Source: Eubacteriales bacterium (lineage in GTDB: Bacteria > Bacillota > Clostridia > Oscillospirales > CAG-272). From it: 64,000 nucleotides of DNA. Location: positions 1 to 64,000 of the forward strand of contig JAVBPA010000006.1 of the NCBI GenBank assembly GCA_031549925.1, given 5' to 3'. Made by a program: the position numbers and the translations under genes. The notes beneath the pieces were generated by a model. It saw only the letters and a program-made list of their open reading frames with translations, searched no databases and was not told the origin of the DNA. Below are positions 59,645-64,000 of this stretch, one piece after another (position 1 is the first letter of the stretch; every line of letters starts with the position of its first letter).

Positions 59645-60938
59645 TCAGGTAAATGTTAAAACAAATGATTTTATCGGTGAAAAATATTACAGCATTAAAC
59701 ACAAAAGCGGGCTTGATATATATATATTTCCGAAAAATCTTTCAACTTCCTATGCTTTGTTCGGGACAAAATACGGTTCGGTAGACAATAAATTTAAAAT
59801 TGCGGGTGAAAACGAATATATTAAAGTTCCTGACGGTATCGCACATTTTTTGGAACATAAAATGTTTGAAAATGAAAACGGAGAAGATACATTTCTTCGG
59901 TATGCGAAAACCGGAGCAAACGCAAACGCTTACACATCATTTAATATGACCGCTTATTTATTTTCCTGCACGGCAAATTTTTATAAATCGCTTGAAATAT
60001 TGCTTGATTTTGTAACTGCTCCTTATTTTACACCCGAAACCGTTCAAAAAGAGCAGGGAATAATAGCTCAGGAAATAAAAATGGGTGAAGATAATCCCGG
60101 AAACCGTTTGATTTTCGATTTGCTTAAAGCATTATATGAAAAGCATACTGTGAGGATTGAAATAGCAGGCACGGTAGAATCGATTTCCCATATAACAGCA
60201 GATGTTTTATATAAATGTTACAACGCTTTTTATAATCTGCATAATATGGCGCTTATAGTTTGCGGTGATGTTTCTGTAAATGAAACACTTGAAATAGCCG
60301 ATAAATATTTAAAAGAACAGCCGGATTTTTCCGTAGAATCTGTATATCCCGAAGAAAAACCGCAAGTTTTCCGTAAATATACTACCAGAAAAATGCAAGT
60401 AGCAAAACCGCTTTTTAATATCGGAGTTAAAAATAACGATATACCCAAAGATGCAAAAGAACGCGCAAAACTTCAAGCTTCAATCGGTATTATAAACGAT
60501 ATGCTTTTCGGACGGGCTAGTGATTTTTTCAATTCGCTTTATACAGAAGGTTTAATATCGAATTCTTTCGGTTATTGGTCTGAAACATGCAAAAGTTTTT
60601 CGCTTATATCTATATCGGGAGATTCAAAAGATCCGGACGAAGTTTACAGACGTTTCTGCGAATATATAAAAGAAAAAAAGAAAACCGGACTTGATAAATC
60701 GGATTTTGAAAGATGTTTCAGAATTTCGTATACAAGTTTTATCAAAGGTTTTGACAGTACTGATAATATTGCGAATAATTTTTTGAATTTTATTTTCGAA
60801 GATTTGGATATGCTTGATTATGTCGATATATTGAACACTATATCTTTTGATGATATATGTTTAATATTTAATAAAATTTATTGCGAAGACTATATGGCAA
60901 TGGCTACAATATATCCTCTGGAAGCGGTCAACACATGA
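59637..60938 (+). CDS. M16-family zinc metallopeptidase (active; HFLEH inverzincin motif)
   Basis: HFLEHKMFE zinc-binding motif. Its start ATG overlaps the upstream stop (ATGAATAA), and GGAGGG lies 11 nt upstream. Confidence 0.7.
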   Translation: MNNQVNVKTNDFIGEKYYSIKHKSGLDIYIFPKNLSTSYALFGTKYGSVDNKFKIAGENEYIKVPDGIAHFLEHKMFENENGEDTFLRYAKTGANANAYTSFNMTAYLFSCTANFYKSLEILLDFVTAPYFTPETVQKEQGIIAQEIKMGEDNPGNRLIFDLLKALYEKHTVRIEIAGTVESISHITADVLYKCYNAFYNLHNMALIVCGDVSVNETLEIADKYLKEQPDFSVESVYPEEKPQVFRKYTTRKMQVAKPLFNIGVKNNDIPKDAKERAKLQASIGIINDMLFGRASDFFNSLYTEGLISNSFGYWSETCKSFSLISISGDSKDPDEVYRRFCEYIKEKKKTGLDKSDFERCFRISYTSFIKGFDSTDNIANNFLNFIFEDLDMLDYVDILNTISFDDICLIFNKIYCEDYMAMATIYPLEAVNT

Positions 60939-61930
60939 ATCAGACATCAAATATAATAGGTTTTCCCGGTTTAGGAATAGAATCTTTAACTATTGAACCA
61001 ACGGTTTTTTCTTTCGGAAATTTTCACATCGCTTGGTATGGGATAATAATAACCTTGGGTATGATAGCCGGATTTTTCTACGCGTTATACAGAGCTAAAT
61101 TTGAAAATATATCTGTTGACGATGTTTTGGATTTAGCTTTATACGGAATTGTTTCGGCTGTAGTGGGAGCACGTTTATATTATGTTTTATTTAATTTGGA
61201 TCATTATAAAACATTCTACGATGTAATAGCTGTTTGGAACGGAGGACTTGCTATTTACGGAGGTATTATTGCGGCTGTTATCGCTGTTATTATAATTTCC
61301 AAAATAAAAAAGATAAAAATCGCAAAAAATTTCGATATGGTTATGCCGGCTATTATGCTGGGACAAATTATCGGGCGTTGGGGGAATTTTGTAAATGCTG
61401 AAGCATACGGCAGCGAAACAATACTCCCCTGGCGTATGGCAATTTACAAAATAGGGAGCACTACCTTCAAAAATCCGATATTTGTACATCCTACGTTTTT
61501 GTACGAATCTCTTTGGAATTTAATAGGGTTTATATTAATTAACATCTTTTATAAGAAAAAACGTTTCGATGGTCAAATCGCACTTATGTATTTTATATGG
61601 TACGGTACCGGAAGAGCATTAATAGAAGGTCTGCGTACAGACAGTCTGATGGTTTTAGATATAAGAGTATCACAACTTGTATCTGTGATAGCGGTTGCGG
61701 TTTCACTTGTTATAATGGTGATATTTTCAGCAAAACATTCTAAAAAACAAAGCGAAATAGAAGATGAATTAATCGATAACGCGATGATGATAGATAATAC
61801 AAATGCCGGCGAACAAATGGAAGAAGCTGTAAGAGAACTTCCGGTTATTGATGATTTTGATGATAATATTAAAAATAACGAAGAAAACTTAAATAGCAGC
61901 GATAGTAACGTAAACAGTAATAAAAACTAA
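60935..61930 (+). CDS. lgt: Prolipoprotein diacylglyceryl transferase
   Basis: HIAWYGIIITLGMIAG...GRWGNFVNAEAYG signature. Its start overlaps the upstream stop (ATGA). Confidence 0.85.
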   Translation: MNQTSNIIGFPGLGIESLTIEPTVFSFGNFHIAWYGIIITLGMIAGFFYALYRAKFENISVDDVLDLALYGIVSAVVGARLYYVLFNLDHYKTFYDVIAVWNGGLAIYGGIIAAVIAVIIISKIKKIKIAKNFDMVMPAIMLGQIIGRWGNFVNAEAYGSETILPWRMAIYKIGSTTFKNPIFVHPTFLYESLWNLIGFILINIFYKKKRFDGQIALMYFIWYGTGRALIEGLRTDSLMVLDIRVSQLVSVIAVAVSLVIMVIFSAKHSKKQSEIEDELIDNAMMIDNTNAGEQMEEAVRELPVIDDFDDNIKNNEENLNSSDSNVNSNKN

Positions 61931-61944
61931 AAACGGAGAATAAA

Positions 61945-62793
61945 ATGGCAAAAATTCTTGACGGAAAATTAACTGCGGCTAAATATAAAGAAAAACTTAC
62001 AGCCGAAATTGCGGCTATGGAACAAAAACCCGGACTTGCTGTAATAATTGCGGGAAATGATCCGGCTTCACAAATATATGTGAGAAATAAAAAAATTGCT
62101 TGTAACGAAGTAGGGATGTACAGCGAAATTATTGAACTTTCCGATTATGTTACGGAAGAAGAACTATTTTTAATAATTGATAAATTAAATAAAAGATCAG
62201 ATATTCATGGAATATTAGTTCAGTCACCTCTTCCGGCAAGTCTCGATGAAAAAAAGATATTAGCGGCTATTGATGTTTCGAAAGATGTTGACGCTTTTAA
62301 TTACAGTAATATAGGACGCATTATGTCGGGAGAATATAATTTTGTACCGTGTACTCCCGCAGGTATCATGGTATTGCTTGAGGAATACGGAATATCGGTT
62401 GAAGGAAAAGAATGTGTTGTAGTCGGAAGATCAAATATTGTCGGTAAACCCATGGCAATGCTGCTTCTTCATTCAAACGGAACCGTTACGGTGTGCCATT
62501 CAAAAACTAAAAATTTGGCTGAGGTATGTTCACGCGCCGATATATTGGTAGTAGCAATCGGACGCGAAAGATACATAAAAGCTGATATGGTAAAACCGGG
62601 CGCTGTTGTTATCGATGTAGGTATGAACCGCAAACCCGGAAGCAAAAAAGTATACGGCGATGTTGATTTTGTAAATGTAGAGCCTATTGCGGAATATATA
62701 ACTCCTGTTCCGGGCGGAGTAGGTCCGATGACAATATTAATGCTTTTAAAAAATACAATAACAGCGGCGAAAATAGCGCAGGGAATTAAATAA
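61945..62793 (+). CDS. folD: Bifunctional methylene-THF dehydrogenase / methenyl-THF cyclohydrolase
   Basis: MAKILDGKLTAAKYKEKL...VIIAGNDPASQIYVRNK...VVGRSNIVGKPMAMLL. Confidence 0.9.
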   Translation: MAKILDGKLTAAKYKEKLTAEIAAMEQKPGLAVIIAGNDPASQIYVRNKKIACNEVGMYSEIIELSDYVTEEELFLIIDKLNKRSDIHGILVQSPLPASLDEKKILAAIDVSKDVDAFNYSNIGRIMSGEYNFVPCTPAGIMVLLEEYGISVEGKECVVVGRSNIVGKPMAMLLLHSNGTVTVCHSKTKNLAEVCSRADILVVAIGRERYIKADMVKPGAVVIDVGMNRKPGSKKVYGDVDFVNVEPIAEYITPVPGGVGPMTILMLLKNTITAAKIAQGIK

Positions 62794-62803
62794 AAATATA
62801 TTA

Positions 62804-62835
62804 AACAGGAAAGGCATTAAAACTCCTTTCCTGTT
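62804..62835. terminator. Bidirectional intrinsic terminator (perfect 11-bp stem) between folD and sigF
   Basis: AACAGGAAAGG, a 10-nt loop, then CCTTTCCTGTT, followed by TTATTTAT. Confidence 0.65.
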
Positions 62836-62838
62836 TAT

Positions 62839-63576
62839 TTATGATTCGATGTTCAATTGATTCCGTAATATTTCTTTTATCTTTTTTTCCTCTCTTGATA
62901 TTTTTACTTGAGTTAATCCGAGCATATCGCCTGTTTGTTGTTGTGACAATCCCCGGAACCATCGGAGCGAAACAATTTTTCTATGAAGCGGAGTCAAAGC
63001 TTTTACCGCTTCTGCCAAAGCGATTCTTTCTGTTATTTCTTCCACTTTGCTTGATTTTTCCGCAATTTGTGAACCAAGAGTTATTGTTTCGTCGTCGCCT
63101 GCCGGTTCTGAAAGAGATCTGACCGGAGAAGAAGCTTCAAGAGCGACCGCCGCTTCTTCCGTTGTAATTCCGCATAATTCAGCAAGTTCTGAAAGGCGGG
63201 GTTCATGACCGTTTTCGCGAATAAATATTTCTCTGCGTTTTATTATGTCGATACTTTGCCGTTTTAAAGTGCGACCCAATTTTATTTGTCCGTCATCACG
63301 TAAAAAGCGTCTGATTTCACCTATAATCAAAGGAACAGCATAAGTTGAAAATACAGTCCCGAAGCTTTCATCATAGCTGCGAACCGCTTTTATCATACCG
63401 ATAATACCTATTTGTACTAAATCTTCATATTCTGTTCCTCTGTCACGGAAGCGTGCGGCTATATTTTTTACAAGCCCCATATTTTTTTCGATAAGCAAAT
63501 CAAGAGCCGATTTATCACCTTCGCGAAAAGCTTTAAGAAGAGAAGCGTTCTCTTCATATATGAGATTATTTGTCAT
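62839..63576 (-). CDS. sigF: Sporulation sigma factor sigma-F (sigma-70 family, SigB/F/G group)
   Basis: Sigma-70 regions 2-4 (DLVQIGIIGMIKAVRSYD...; the region-4 HTH LSQQQTGDMLGLTQVKISREEKK). It is immediately downstream of an anti-sigma factor kinase gene. Confidence 0.6.
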   Translation of the reverse strand: MTNNLIYEENASLLKAFREGDKSALDLLIEKNMGLVKNIAARFRDRGTEYEDLVQIGIIGMIKAVRSYDESFGTVFSTYAVPLIIGEIRRFLRDDGQIKLGRTLKRQSIDIIKRREIFIRENGHEPRLSELAELCGITTEEAAVALEASSPVRSLSEPAGDDETITLGSQIAEKSSKVEEITERIALAEAVKALTPLHRKIVSLRWFRGLSQQQTGDMLGLTQVKISREEKKIKEILRNQLNIES

Positions 63577-64000
63577 TTTAGTTTTTTGTACATTGTTATT
63601 GTTGTTCCAGCTCCCGGTTTTGAAACAACTTTTAATTTATCGGTGAAGCTTTTCATAATTGTAAAACCCATTCCGCCTCTTTCACCAGAATTATCTCCTG
63701 TATAAAGCGGAGTCATGGCTTTTTCGATATCATTAATTCCGCAGCCTTTATCTTTTATTTTCAAAAAAACTTCGCGTTCGTCATTGTATCCGATTTCTAT
63801 GTATATAATTCCCGCAGTGTTTTTATATGCGTGAATTATACAGTTTGTAACTGCTTCCGAAACTGCGGTGCGTAAATCGGCAAGGTCGCTTAAATCCGGA
63901 TCGAGTTGAGCTATAAAAAATGTAGCTGTCTGACGTGCGAAACTTTCATTTTCAGATTTTGATAATATTTCAAGCTTGAAGTTGTTTTTCAGATTTTTTT
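63573..64000 (-). CDS. spoIIAB: Anti-sigma F factor / serine kinase SpoIIAB (5' end beyond the window)
   Basis: GHKL ATPase motifs (ERGGMGFTIMKSFTDKLKV; VSEAVTNCIIHAY read by manual translation above the listed 63-aa ORF). The reading frame continues to the window edge. Confidence 0.6.
   Translation of the reverse strand, partial: KNLKNNFKLEILSKSENESFARQTATFFIAQLDPDLSDLADLRTAVSEAVTNCIIHAYKNTAGIIYIEIGYNDEREVFLKIKDKGCGINDIEKAMTPLYTGDNSGERGGMGFTIMKSFTDKLKVVSKPGAGTTITMYKKLK

Noticed and set aside
1-64000. CRISPR arrays, transposases, integrases, restriction-modification or other defence systems
   Set aside because: No regularly spaced direct repeats and no ORFs with nuclease, recombinase or ATPase signatures were found on inspection. 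The only tandem repeat is the 3 x 20 bp element at rpmA.

Overview
A low-GC (roughly 30% GC) Firmicutes/Clostridia-like chromosomal window, mostly conserved housekeeping genes. The organism looks like a spore-former, since sigF and a partial spoIIAB sit at the right edge. Recognisable blocks are: rplS and upp; mtaB, an MBL hydrolase and purL; a DUF1836-NfeD-flotillin operon; a tRNA-Gln flanked by glycosidase-like genes; rpsF-ssb-rpsR; the lipoprotein-maturation genes lnt, lspA and lgt; the dcw-distal cluster yggS-sepF-yggT-divIVA-ileS-lspA-rluD; miaA, a NUDIX-MazG fusion and queA; a lysine riboswitch-controlled dapA separated from dapB by a 6-kb carbohydrate-enzyme cassette (GH116-like, AKR, SBP-like lipoprotein, BNR sialidase-like); rplU-prp-rpmA; a giant (2116 aa, possibly split) GT84/GH94 cyclic beta-1,2-glucan-synthase-like gene; an M16 peptidase pair translationally coupled to lgt; and folD. 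cis-regulatory RNAs include a TPP riboswitch (thiT) and an L-box (dapA). Several promoters match the sigmaA consensus exactly. The most unusual items are the giant glucan-synthase-like locus with an apparent frame break at its 5' end, the M16-M16-lgt coupling, the dapA/dapB interruption, the NUDIX-MazG fusion, and a triple 20-bp palindromic repeat overlapping the 3' end of rpmA. No CRISPR array, transposase or integrase, or obvious defence island was seen.
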